A stretch of 34,695 bases of DNA from positions 1 through 34,695 of IMG/VR virus record IMGVR_UViG_3300025875_000072, one strand, 5' to 3'. How positions within the stretch are numbered: position 1 is the first letter of the stretch; each line of letters opens with the position of its first letter. The position numbers were made by a program, and so were the translations under genes. Origin of the DNA: a virus. Lineage: Duplodnaviria > Caudoviricetes. The notes beneath the pieces were generated by a model. That model saw only the letters and a program-made list of their open reading frames with translations. It did not search any database and was not told the DNA's origin. This document shows positions 17,848 through 25,870 of the stretch, in pieces.

Positions 17848-17988
17848 TCAGCCGACGCGGAACTGGTCGCTCTCGGCAGCAGAGAGGGCTGCGATCTGGC
17901 CGTTGCACACGACCGCTACGCCATTCGTCTCAGCGAACTGGCGAGCGATACGGGCGCGGGCTTCGGCGTTCAGGGTGATCGTCTTCAC
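17848..17988 (-). CDS. Small hypothetical protein (46 aa) between tandem phage promoters
   Basis: AAGGAG SD, GTG 17988, MKTITLNAEARARIARQF...; read manually. Confidence 0.65.
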   Translation of the reverse strand: MKTITLNAEARARIARQFAETNGVAVVCNGQIAALSAAESDQFRVG

Positions 17989-18028
17989 GGGTGGTCTCCT
18001 TGATTGTTCTGATGGGGCGGATGTTCGC

Positions 18029-18052
18029 CAGACCTATGGTCCTGACTAATTG
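18029..18052 (-). promoter_or_regulatory. Phage RNAP promoter directly after the RNAP gene, +1 about 18034
   Basis: CAATTAGTCAGGACCATA|GG; position equivalent to T7 phi1.1. Confidence 0.88.
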
Positions 18053-18086
18053 GCACCCGCCCCTGATCGTCACGATAACGGAACTA

Positions 18087-20615
18087 TTATGCGAACGTGT
18101 AGAGAGCCCCGAGAACCTCGTTCAGGTCGAGGTCGCCGGCCGCCGGGGGAGGCGGAAGCTCGCCGGCCAGCTCGTCACCGAGCTGCCCCTTGAGTTCCTC
18201 GTAGAGGCCCCCGAGAACGTCACCGCTATACTGCTCCACGAACGTCTCCCGCAGGATGCGCGAGAGGCGGCCGGTGTTCGCAGCATGGGTGCCGAAGCTG
18301 TCGTGGATCATCGCAATGTGCGCGATCCCTTCCCGCTTCGCGCGCAGCGCAACCGCCTGCAGATGCGAGGCGTCGAGCGAGTGGACGAAGTTCGGGGCAA
18401 CCCCGTTCGCCTGCGCCCGGCTGTCGAGGACGTCCCCTTCCTTCTGGATGGTGAGGTCGACCCGCTGCCCGGCCCAGTGGGCGCGGACGATGACGCCTTC
18501 GGTCTTCTTGTATTCCTGCAGGACCGGCAGGCCCATCGGGGTCGTCCACCACAGCGGGAGGTCGGCCTTAGCGGCCACCTTCGCTGCCTCGCGGAGCCAA
18601 TCCATCGCCCGAGCAGCCGAGGAGACCGTCAGGCTAATGGAACTATACAGGACGTGCGAGAGCCACATGGCCGCCTGATAGTTGTCCACGCCGCCGAGGT
18701 ACGGCCCTTCGCCGGCTTCCTCCCGCGCCTTGTCCAGTTCCCGCAGGGTCTGCAGGATCATCGCCTGCATCCCGAACCGGGTGGCTGAGTAGCAGAAGGT
18801 CATGGTCGGGCGCTTCGCGATGGAACGGGTGATCTTGCCACCGGCCCACGCCTTGCGGATCGGCTCTGTCGGCACCTCGACCGCCTCGCCGTCGACCTTG
18901 GTCGTCAGCTTAACGGAACTAATTGCCGGGTAGAGACGCACCAGTTCCTCGTGGGAGCAGTCCGCCATCGCCTGGGCGTTGCCGGCCACAGCCATGTAGA
19001 CGTCCTGCGGCTTCTCGGAGGGCAGGAGGTTGACCGCACGGCCGCCTTCCGTGTCCCGCAGCATCGCGGAGAAGTGCTGCAGGCCCGAGCAGGAGCCGTC
19101 GAGGGCGATGGGGAGGCGCGAGACGAAGCTCGTCCCCTCCTCCAGCATCCCAACGTACTCGATGCAGGCCGCGAGGGCGCACCACGGGCTGTCCGCAGTC
19201 GTCCAGAAGCGGTTGCCGTCCAGAGGCATGACGCCACTGTCGATCAGCTCGTTGGTGTTGTCGATGACCCACTGGACCCGCTCGTCGAACGAGACCTTGT
19301 CCACGCCGAACAGGTTGGCGATGTGGATCATGAGCCACCGCTTGCCTTCCTCACCGAGGGGCATGCCGTCCGCGAACTGGATCAGGGCCTTCTGCCAATC
19401 ATTCCCCTGCGGGGTCGGGCCGAACGCAGGGATCGGGTACACCCGGCCACGGAAGTCCAGCTCGTGCGGGAAGAACATGCGCTCCTCCTCCGCGAACCGG
19501 CGGGCGACCCACAGGTCACGGTGGAGGGCCAAGCGGCTGCTCTGCAGGTCAGCATTGCGCCCATAGACGGTCGCCGCCTCACGCTTCCACGCGATCTTGG
19601 CTTCCTCGTTGGTGTCAATGTCGAGCGGCTTGGGCGGCACGGGCTCGTCCTGACGGCGCGGCAGGCCCCCGAGGGAGCCGCCTTCGGTCCAGACCTTCTC
19701 CATCGCATCGAGGATCGCCGTGTTGATGACCCACGGGCTGTCCTGAATGTGGTTCACGGCCTCGTAGACGTCGCTGATGTCGGCGTTCCGAAGCTCGTCG
19801 TGGTAGGCGAGGTTCCGCTGCTTGATGAAGCGGTTACCGGGGCGTGGCGTCAGGTACCCGCCATAGGTGGGGGAGCGCCAGCGGCGGGGGCGGCAGACCA
19901 TCGGCATGTTGAGCGGGGCGAGCAGTTCGCACCGGGCGTGCTGCTTGTCGAACCACTCCTGCAGCGTCTCAGTGGTGCGAACCTGCAGGACGTAGCCCTT
20001 GGCGCGCTTGACCTTCTCGATCACGAAGAAGCCGGTCGCCTCTTGCGCCATCTCGATGCACTTGGTGCCGACCGTGGCCTTCTCCGCGTCGCTCATGGTG
20101 ATCGCCACGCCCTCGGCCACGAACAGCTTCTTGACGGCGGCGGCGCGCTGGCGGCTGTACCCGCGCTGCTCCTGCTTCTTGAGGTAGCCCTTGTAGCCCT
20201 TGCGGTTCATCTCGCGGAACGCATTGAACTCGAGGTTCTCGATGATCGCGTTCGCCACCTTGATCGCCACCGTCTGCAGCAGCGAGCCAGCCATCGCGCA
20301 GTTCACGAGGACGCGCAGAGTCAGGTAGGCGGCCTCTGCGGGGTCCGAGAGGAGCAGCAGGGGGTAGGCGTTGTGGTGGCGGCCTGCCTTCTGCTGGCCG
20401 ATCTTCTCAAGGAAGGCGTTGATCTCGTCCACAGTGGGCTGGACGGCGAGCTTGAGCAGCTGACGGCCCGGCGGGAGGTTGGCCTCCTCGTCGATGCTTC
20501 CGGCCTCGGTCTTCCAAGGGAGGGCACGGGCACGGTAGCGCGAGGCGCCGAGGTCGCGGGCGTCGTCCTCCAGCTCGAGCTGGCGGCGAACTTGGGAGCG
20601 GAAATCGTAGGGCAT
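18087..20615 (-). CDS. Single-subunit T7-like RNA polymerase
   Basis: DFRGRVY, LDGSCSGLQH, RSIAKRPTMTFCYS, PNFVHSLDASH, IHDSFGTH. Confidence 0.98.
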   Translation of the reverse strand: MPYDFRSQVRRQLELEDDARDLGASRYRARALPWKTEAGSIDEEANLPPGRQLLKLAVQPTVDEINAFLEKIGQQKAGRHHNAYPLLLLSDPAEAAYLTLRVLVNCAMAGSLLQTVAIKVANAIIENLEFNAFREMNRKGYKGYLKKQEQRGYSRQRAAAVKKLFVAEGVAITMSDAEKATVGTKCIEMAQEATGFFVIEKVKRAKGYVLQVRTTETLQEWFDKQHARCELLAPLNMPMVCRPRRWRSPTYGGYLTPRPGNRFIKQRNLAYHDELRNADISDVYEAVNHIQDSPWVINTAILDAMEKVWTEGGSLGGLPRRQDEPVPPKPLDIDTNEEAKIAWKREAATVYGRNADLQSSRLALHRDLWVARRFAEEERMFFPHELDFRGRVYPIPAFGPTPQGNDWQKALIQFADGMPLGEEGKRWLMIHIANLFGVDKVSFDERVQWVIDNTNELIDSGVMPLDGNRFWTTADSPWCALAACIEYVGMLEEGTSFVSRLPIALDGSCSGLQHFSAMLRDTEGGRAVNLLPSEKPQDVYMAVAGNAQAMADCSHEELVRLYPAISSVKLTTKVDGEAVEVPTEPIRKAWAGGKITRSIAKRPTMTFCYSATRFGMQAMILQTLRELDKAREEAGEGPYLGGVDNYQAAMWLSHVLYSSISLTVSSAARAMDWLREAAKVAAKADLPLWWTTPMGLPVLQEYKKTEGVIVRAHWAGQRVDLTIQKEGDVLDSRAQANGVAPNFVHSLDASHLQAVALRAKREGIAHIAMIHDSFGTHAANTGRLSRILRETFVEQYSGDVLGGLYEELKGQLGDELAGELPPPPAAGDLDLNEVLGALYTFA

Positions 20616-20712
20616 GCGTGATCCTTCCGGTCAGGGATGAGGGCCGGCAGAACGCCAGCCTTGGATGGGGCAAATGGTGGGGAGCCTATGGTACGGCATA
20701 ATTGCCGCGCGC

Positions 20713-20741
20713 CCCCTACCGTTGGCACGATGGTCTGTCAA
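20713..20741 (-). promoter_or_regulatory. Host sigma70 promoter for the RNAP gene, overlapped by repeats
   Basis: TTGACA (20741-20736), 17 nt, TAGGGG; alphaproteobacterial -10 elements often lack the final T. Confidence 0.65.
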
Positions 20742-20819
20742 ACGGAACTATCGTGCCAGATCGTGCCGATTTAGGGGTGTGCCATCGCGCCAGCTTGGCA
20801 CGATGCAGAAAGGGCTAAA

Positions 20820-20886
20820 AAATGGCGGAAATGCGCCGTTTCTGACGCACCTCCGCTACCAGCACTTTGGCAGATTTCCGCCATTT
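20820..20886 (+). other. Candidate attP: core CCTCCGCTACCA (20850-20861) between 13-bp inverted repeats
   Basis: Directly 3' of the integrase; core reads like a tRNA 3' end ending in CCA; flanked by AAATGGCGGAAAT / ATTTCCGCCATTT. Confidence 0.6.
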
Positions 20887-22141
20887 ATTGCAGAGCCACC
20901 GTGCCAAGCTCGGCACGGTTCCCCCGGCTAACGGAATGGCTCCGTTTGGCGGAGTTTCCGGGATTTTCCTCCGTATTCCCATCAGATGCGGGACTTGAAA
21001 GGATCGCCACGCCTTGCAGCAGGGCCTGGGCGGAGAGGTGCGTGTACCTCTTCGAGGTGATCGACACGTCCGAGTGACCAGCCCACCACGACAGGCGCTG
21101 CAGTTCCATCCCGCCGAGGGCGAGCCGGGTGATGCAGGTATGGCGCAGCGTGTGCAGGCTGACGTCGTCGATGTTGTGGCCGAGCGCCCGCACATCGTCC
21201 CGCAGGTTGTCCCACATATAGATCAGGCGGGAGTGCAGCTTCGGGAACCACAGCCCGTCCACGGCCTGCCGGTTCAACTCGTCGAACAGCGCGGACGCCG
21301 CAGGGGTCGCAGGGACCAAGCGGGGCTTCTCGCTCTTCGTCAGGTACTCGGGGAGCAGCAGCGCCGGCCGCAGCACCCCATCGCTGTCCCTGATCTCGAT
21401 CACGCTGGCGGGGCCGAGCAGCAGCCCTTCGCCCCGGCGAAAGCCGGTCTCGATCAGGATGCGGACGAACATCTGGAAGCGCCGCCAAGGCCGGTTGGGG
21501 TCGGTGCGCTGCCGTGCGTCCATCGCCTTGAACATCGCCTCTTCCTCGGCAGGCTGCAGGACGCGGTTCTTGTTGTTCCGCACCTTGATCTCCGGCATGC
21601 GCGGCTTGGCCGCCAGCAACGGGCGCCCATCCTCGTCCTCGTAGAGTTCGACCGCCGAACGCAGGGCCTTCGACAGCGCGTCCATCTTGCGCTTCACGGT
21701 GCCGGGCTTGTTCCCCTCCGCGAGCAGCTGGTCGGCCAGATCGCGCAGGCGCTGCCGGGTCATGTCGGTGACCAGCTCGTCGCCCACCAGTTCGATCAGG
21801 ATTTTGACGTTGGAGCGAACGGTCTTCTGCGCCCGCGCCTTGCCCCACACCTCGTCGTCCATCTCGCAGCGGTCGAGCAGCTGCTTCATCGTGTAGCCTG
21901 ACGGAGCCTTCCGTCTAACGGAAGCGGGGCCGTCAGTGTCGCGCCCCTTGGGGGCCACAACCGCTCCCCGAGAGAAGTGCTTCGGGTGGACCCCGATCTC
22001 CCACTCCTTGCGCTGCTTCTCGGCCTCCGCCCGGTCGCGGGTGTCGCAGCTGACGCGCTGGCGCTTGGGCTTGCCATCTTCGCCCGGCACCGTCACGTCG
22101 AGGTAGAAGATGCCGTTCGCCTTGGTTCCGATCTTCGCCAT
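20885..22141 (-). CDS. int: Tyrosine integrase
   Basis: TGFRRGE (R), TKSEK (K), HTLRH, GH, KRY catalytic set; N-terminal arm-binding-like domain. Confidence 0.95.
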   Translation of the reverse strand: MAKIGTKANGIFYLDVTVPGEDGKPKRQRVSCDTRDRAEAEKQRKEWEIGVHPKHFSRGAVVAPKGRDTDGPASVRRKAPSGYTMKQLLDRCEMDDEVWGKARAQKTVRSNVKILIELVGDELVTDMTRQRLRDLADQLLAEGNKPGTVKRKMDALSKALRSAVELYEDEDGRPLLAAKPRMPEIKVRNNKNRVLQPAEEEAMFKAMDARQRTDPNRPWRRFQMFVRILIETGFRRGEGLLLGPASVIEIRDSDGVLRPALLLPEYLTKSEKPRLVPATPAASALFDELNRQAVDGLWFPKLHSRLIYMWDNLRDDVRALGHNIDDVSLHTLRHTCITRLALGGMELQRLSWWAGHSDVSITSKRYTHLSAQALLQGVAILSSPASDGNTEENPGNSAKRSHSVSRGNRAELGTVALQ

Positions 22142-22145
22142 CGGA

Positions 22146-22679
22146 TTATCCTTTCAGTGCTTTATGCAGCGCCTTCATGACCTTGCGGCCTTCCGGCGTG
22201 AGCTTGATGAACTTCTGCCGGTTGTCAGCCGGGTTCAGGTCCGAGGTGAGCCACCCCAGGCCCTTCGGGAAGGCCCGCGATGGCTCCATCAGGATGCGGT
22301 AGGTGGTGTGCAGGCTGCGGTTCAGGCGGTCCCCGACCATCTCCTTGATGTCGCCAAACGTGGCGGGGCGGCCAGCGAGGTCCGAAGTCGCAGCGAGCAT
22401 GAAGAAGATCAGCTGCGAAGCGGTCATGCGCTCGAGCCACCCGACCCGGCCGACAACCTCGAAGTCGCCAGGCGCGAACTCCTGCGTCCCGCAGCCCTGC
22501 AGACGGGCCATCCCGTTCCGCATGATCTGGCTCACGACCATCCTGCGAGTGCCGTAGGCGGCGAGGTGGGGCTTGGGATCGACGAGATCGCCCAAGGCCA
22601 GCGGCAGGCTCTGCGTGGTGACGCGGGTGAGGAACTCGGTCTCGGCGTCGGGGTAGAAATCGGGGTTCTTCATGGTCAT
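22146..22679 (-). CDS. MarR-like winged-helix regulator (candidate repressor)
   Basis: C-terminal GLGWL...NPADNRQKFIKLTPEGR wing motif; adjacent to the integrase. Confidence 0.75.
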   Translation of the reverse strand: MTMKNPDFYPDAETEFLTRVTTQSLPLALGDLVDPKPHLAAYGTRRMVVSQIMRNGMARLQGCGTQEFAPGDFEVVGRVGWLERMTASQLIFFMLAATSDLAGRPATFGDIKEMVGDRLNRSLHTTYRILMEPSRAFPKGLGWLTSDLNPADNRQKFIKLTPEGRKVMKALHKALKG

Positions 22680-22879
22680 GCTTCCTTCTGCTTACATGGT
22701 TGACAGGTGAGGCTTGCGAAGTTCGCGGTGGGTGCCCCGCAGGACTTGCAGGGCGGGAGCGGCTTGCTGACGCGCCACCCGCCGAGCAGGCCGTGGATGG
22801 CCTTCGCTTCGCGCTTGCTGATGGGCTGGCGGGAGGCGGCGATTGCCGCATCGACCGCGTCGGGGTTGTAGCGGCTCAC
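22676..22879 (-). CDS. Small zinc-finger protein
   Basis: GTG 22879; CKSC...CQPC at the C-terminus. Confidence 0.62.
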   Translation of the reverse strand: MSRYNPDAVDAAIAASRQPISKREAKAIHGLLGGWRVSKPLPPCKSCGAPTANFASLTCQPCKQKEA

Positions 22880-23049
22880 TTGCTCGGCTCCCCGGTCAGG
22901 TGTTCGTGGCCGACCCATTCGATGCCGACGCGGTAGCAGGGCCATCCGTGGCCGGTTGCTACCGCTTCGACGACGCCCTTGACGCGCCGGGTGCGGATGC
23001 GGTCGCCGACGGTGGCGAATGGGATCGGATGCGGACGGCAGTGGCTCAT
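22876..23049 (-). CDS. Small hypothetical protein (57 aa)
   Basis: Read manually, MSHCRPHPIPFATVGDRIR...; 4-nt overlaps on both sides. Confidence 0.55.
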   Translation of the reverse strand: MSHCRPHPIPFATVGDRIRTRRVKGVVEAVATGHGWPCYRVGIEWVGHEHLTGEPSK

Positions 23050-23234
23050 GCTTCAAGCTCCTTGAGGACACCCGCCAGCGCCCCAAGGAGCGCCGGGAGG
23101 CCGTGAGTGGTGATCTGGGCGACAGGCGCTACCGGCCCGCCGATGTGGATGGAGAACAGGGCCGTGATGATGGCCCCGGCGAGCAGCCCGACAACGAGAC
23201 CGGGCAGCGCCATGCAGAAGGTGCGGAGGATCAT
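23046..23234 (-). CDS. Small two-TM membrane protein
   Basis: ATG 23234; two hydrophobic segments. Confidence 0.62.
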   Translation of the reverse strand: MILRTFCMALPGLVVGLLAGAIITALFSIHIGGPVAPVAQITTHGLPALLGALAGVLKELEA

Positions 23235-23710
23235 TGCCCTGCCCCCTTCGTGGCCGTAATCTCCTGCGACAGGCGGATGACCTTGCGGGCCGCCCAATGC
23301 TTCGCGGCAGGGGCTACGGCATGCTGATCGGCCACGATCCCGTCTCGCAGGGTGACGCAATGGCCGCCGACGGTGAGCAGGTAGGTGACGCCGGGCTTGG
23401 CATGGCGCCGGGCGAAGGTGGCGACTGTGCAGCGTTCAACGTACCGGCCACCCGCCACGGCGTGACAGGTGCCCCGGATCATCCGAGCAGGGACGTGGAA
23501 GCGTTCGACGTAGGAGGCGCCAAGGGCCTTGAGGGCGCGGCTTCGGTCAGCGTCGTAGGTGCGGCCCCTCCAGCTGGCGCCGTAGCTCGCTTGGGCCTTG
23601 ATGGTGCCCCATGCGTCCTCGAAGGATACGCCAGCGGCGATGGCGACGGCCAGCACTCCACAGTGCGGCTCTTTTCGCGGGGCATAGCCCGCCGGGTAGC
23701 GGATGCTCAC
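23231..23710 (-). CDS. Hypothetical protein, possibly papain-like (Cys-His-Asp)
   Basis: HCGVLAVAIA...GGHCVTLRDG..AD arrangement. Confidence 0.65.
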   Translation of the reverse strand: MSIRYPAGYAPRKEPHCGVLAVAIAAGVSFEDAWGTIKAQASYGASWRGRTYDADRSRALKALGASYVERFHVPARMIRGTCHAVAGGRYVERCTVATFARRHAKPGVTYLLTVGGHCVTLRDGIVADQHAVAPAAKHWAARKVIRLSQEITATKGAGQ

Positions 23711-24075
23711 TGGCCGTTCTCCCCGTAGACCGCCGCATAGACGCCGTTGCAGGTCTCGTTGTCGGCATGGTCAGCGATCAGTTCGCTGCCGTCCTCCGCG
23801 TTGCCCCAGACCAGCAGGAAGGAGCCAAGACGGCGACCATCGACCGTGTGGACGTACAGGCTGTCCTCGCCGGTCGTGCAGAGCGCGTCGAGGATCGTGG
23901 AGCGGATCACCTCGCGCTTGACCGTCGTCTCGGTCCCGTCGTGGACGCTGATTTCGTAGCCATGCGCCAGCAGTTGCGTGACGAGCTTTCGGGCGACTTG
24001 GCGCTCCCCAACGGTGGCGAAGCGCATGAAGCTGGACTGCCCGGTGAAAGCGCGCTGTGGGTCGGTCATGGTCAT
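23707..24075 (-). CDS. Early hypothetical protein
   Basis: AAAGGA SD, ATG 24075; GYEISVHDG...LLVWGN..ELIADH. Confidence 0.72.
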   Translation of the reverse strand: MTMTDPQRAFTGQSSFMRFATVGERQVARKLVTQLLAHGYEISVHDGTETTVKREVIRSTILDALCTTGEDSLYVHTVDGRRLGSFLLVWGNAEDGSELIADHADNETCNGVYAAVYGENGQ

Positions 24076-24113
24076 TGTGGGTTCCTTTCGTCGAGTTTCT
24101 GGCTTGTGGAAGT

Positions 24114-24887
24114 TCAGGCGACGTGGCGCTTGCCGCCGCCGTGTGCTGCGATCTGGACGGAGACGCGAGCCTTGCCCGAGGTGCCCATGCAGGCCCGGCA
24201 GGAGAAGCAATCGGTGACCTTGCCCTTCTCTTCGGATGCCGGGCAGACCGTCTCGCGGCCCTTGATGTTGGCGAAGGGTTCCGAGGTGACGCGGAAGGTG
24301 CGGTAGCCCTTGGCGTGTGCCGCATCCATGTCTTCAACGCTGTCGGCGCTGGCCATCACCAGTTCCGCCCAATGGGCAGGCACATCGCGCCACTGGTGGG
24401 TGTACCCTGTCCAGCCCTTGGCGTCCCGCAAGGCGACCTTCCAGAGCGCATAGGGTGCAGCTGCAGGATCGCCGTAGGTGCCGAGCCGCACCATCTTGCC
24501 AGCGAAGATCAGGGACGCCTCAAAGGCGTTCGCCTTCGGATAGATGCCGCGCTTGTAGCTGGCATAGACCGAACGCGGCCCATGGATCAGGGTGACGTAG
24601 CAAGAGCGTCCCGCCCCTGTCCCGTCTCCACGATGCGGGCAGGTGCCACAGATAGAGGCATCCTCCCCCGTCTTGACCGCGTCAATCGGGCTGACATCAG
24701 ACCGGATGATGTAGGTTTGCACCATCGCTCCCGTCTTGGCGTTGGCGCTCTTGTTGCGGATGCCGGTGGCGATGACCACGATAGGCTTGCCGTCCAGCTT
24801 GCTCGGGCCTTCATACAGGATGACGCCGTTCGCCTTGGCGAGGTTAGCAGAGAGGGTGAGTTCGCCGGTTGCGGTGGGATTGAACAT
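24114..24887 (-). CDS. Cys-rich, radical-SAM-like early protein
   Basis: NAKTG, CGTCPH...CY, VRLGTYGDP, GYTHQW, CPA...CFSCRAC; AGGAG SD before ATG 24887. Confidence 0.72.
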   Translation of the reverse strand: MFNPTATGELTLSANLAKANGVILYEGPSKLDGKPIVVIATGIRNKSANAKTGAMVQTYIIRSDVSPIDAVKTGEDASICGTCPHRGDGTGAGRSCYVTLIHGPRSVYASYKRGIYPKANAFEASLIFAGKMVRLGTYGDPAAAPYALWKVALRDAKGWTGYTHQWRDVPAHWAELVMASADSVEDMDAAHAKGYRTFRVTSEPFANIKGRETVCPASEEKGKVTDCFSCRACMGTSGKARVSVQIAAHGGGKRHVA

Positions 24888-24925
24888 GAGAATGGCTCCT
24901 ATCGAATATCTGGCTTGTGGAACTG

Positions 24926-25039
24926 TTAGGCGAAAGCGTACTCGGCGGCAATCAGCCGCTCGGCAGCGTTGAAGGCGTCGGCATCGCCACGGCACATGGC
25001 TTCGTCACGGCAGGTGTAGAGGATCGCAAGGTAGTCCAT
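24926..25039 (-). CDS. First early gene (37 aa)
   Basis: AGGAG SD, MDYLAILYTCRDEAMCRGDADAFNAAERLIAAEYAFA. Confidence 0.6.
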   Translation of the reverse strand: MDYLAILYTCRDEAMCRGDADAFNAAERLIAAEYAFA

Positions 25040-25049
25040 GAGGTTCTCC

Positions 25050-25352
25050 TGTAGGTCGGTTGCCACGTTCCCCTGTCTTGCGTTGAGGGAGCGAAGGAAC
25101 CGGCGGGCATTGTGCCCGCTATGCCGCCCGGTTGGCCGGGTCGGCAGGTTCGGTTCGCGGGGACGCTTGTGGTCCCCCGGCGACCCCCCTCTATGGGAGC
25201 CGCGTCACCCTGCTACCGGGCGGCAGTCTCGTCTGGACCGCCCGTCACATAGGCCCGCTTCCAATCACAGGTTCGGCTCAGTGGCCCGGTCTAGCGGAGA
25301 CCGTGGGGAGCGTTTGGGGAGCCTCTCGGCGGCCCGTCGTTCCCTCGTTGTT
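25050..25352 (-). ncRNA. Long structured early leader
   Basis: About 300 nt with no convincing ORF and at least six hairpins, including a multibranch domain. Confidence 0.4.
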
Positions 25353-25358
25353 GAACCC

Positions 25359-25387
25359 CTTCTAGCGGCGGCCGATCGTGCTGTAAA
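25359..25387 (-). promoter_or_regulatory. Host sigma70 early promoter
   Basis: TTTACA, 17 nt, TAGAAG, AT-rich upstream; GCACGATC lies in the spacer. Confidence 0.7.
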
Positions 25388-25532
25388 CAAGAAAATGAGG
25401 CTTCCAGAACTATTTTTACAGGAATGGCGGTTTTCTGCGGGTTTCAGGGCCGAAAAAAATGCAGGGCGGGGTCTGAAAGGGCGCTGCCAGGGCGATAAAT
25501 GACAGGCCACAGCGCGCCGGATCGGCCCCGCG

Positions 25533-25870
25533 TCGGCAGGCCCCGGCAGGCATCGGCAGGCGCCGGCAGGGCAGGCCCCATAGGAGCCCGTAGGAGCCCC
25601 ACAGGGCGCGGAGAGGCTGGCAGGGCACCACAGGCCCCGGCAGGCCCCGCTAGGCCACCACAGGGCACCACAGGGCACCAGACACCGGCAGGGCGCGGCA
25701 GGGCACCACAGGGCACGGTAGGACACCACAGGGCACGGTAGGGCACCACAGGGCGCGATAGGTGGCCCGCAGGTGCCAGCACGAAAAAAGCAGGGCCGCG
25801 CGGACCCGAACGAATACCCATGGCAGGCCCCTAGCGCCACCACAGGGCACCAGCTGGCCCCCACAGGGCG
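25533..25870. repeat. Degenerate ~10-bp tandem array (CCACAGGGCA / GGCAGG family) near the genome-end junction
   Basis: Visible 10-bp period, e.g. cagggcacca cagggcacca; related units recur at 26220-26260. Confidence 0.8.

Noticed and set aside
18081-18096. GAAC-N8-GAAC resembling an alphaproteobacterial LexA box
   Set aside because: The consensus requires an N7 spacer
20675-20708. Alternative att core GGCTCCCCACCA on the minus strand and a nearby dif-like inverted repeat
   Set aside because: I cannot match it to a tRNA end, it is not centred between the inverted repeats, and the arms are not in XerC/XerD dif arrangement
25533-25870. CRISPR or mini-array
   Set aside because: Units are ~10 bp, degenerate and have no spacers
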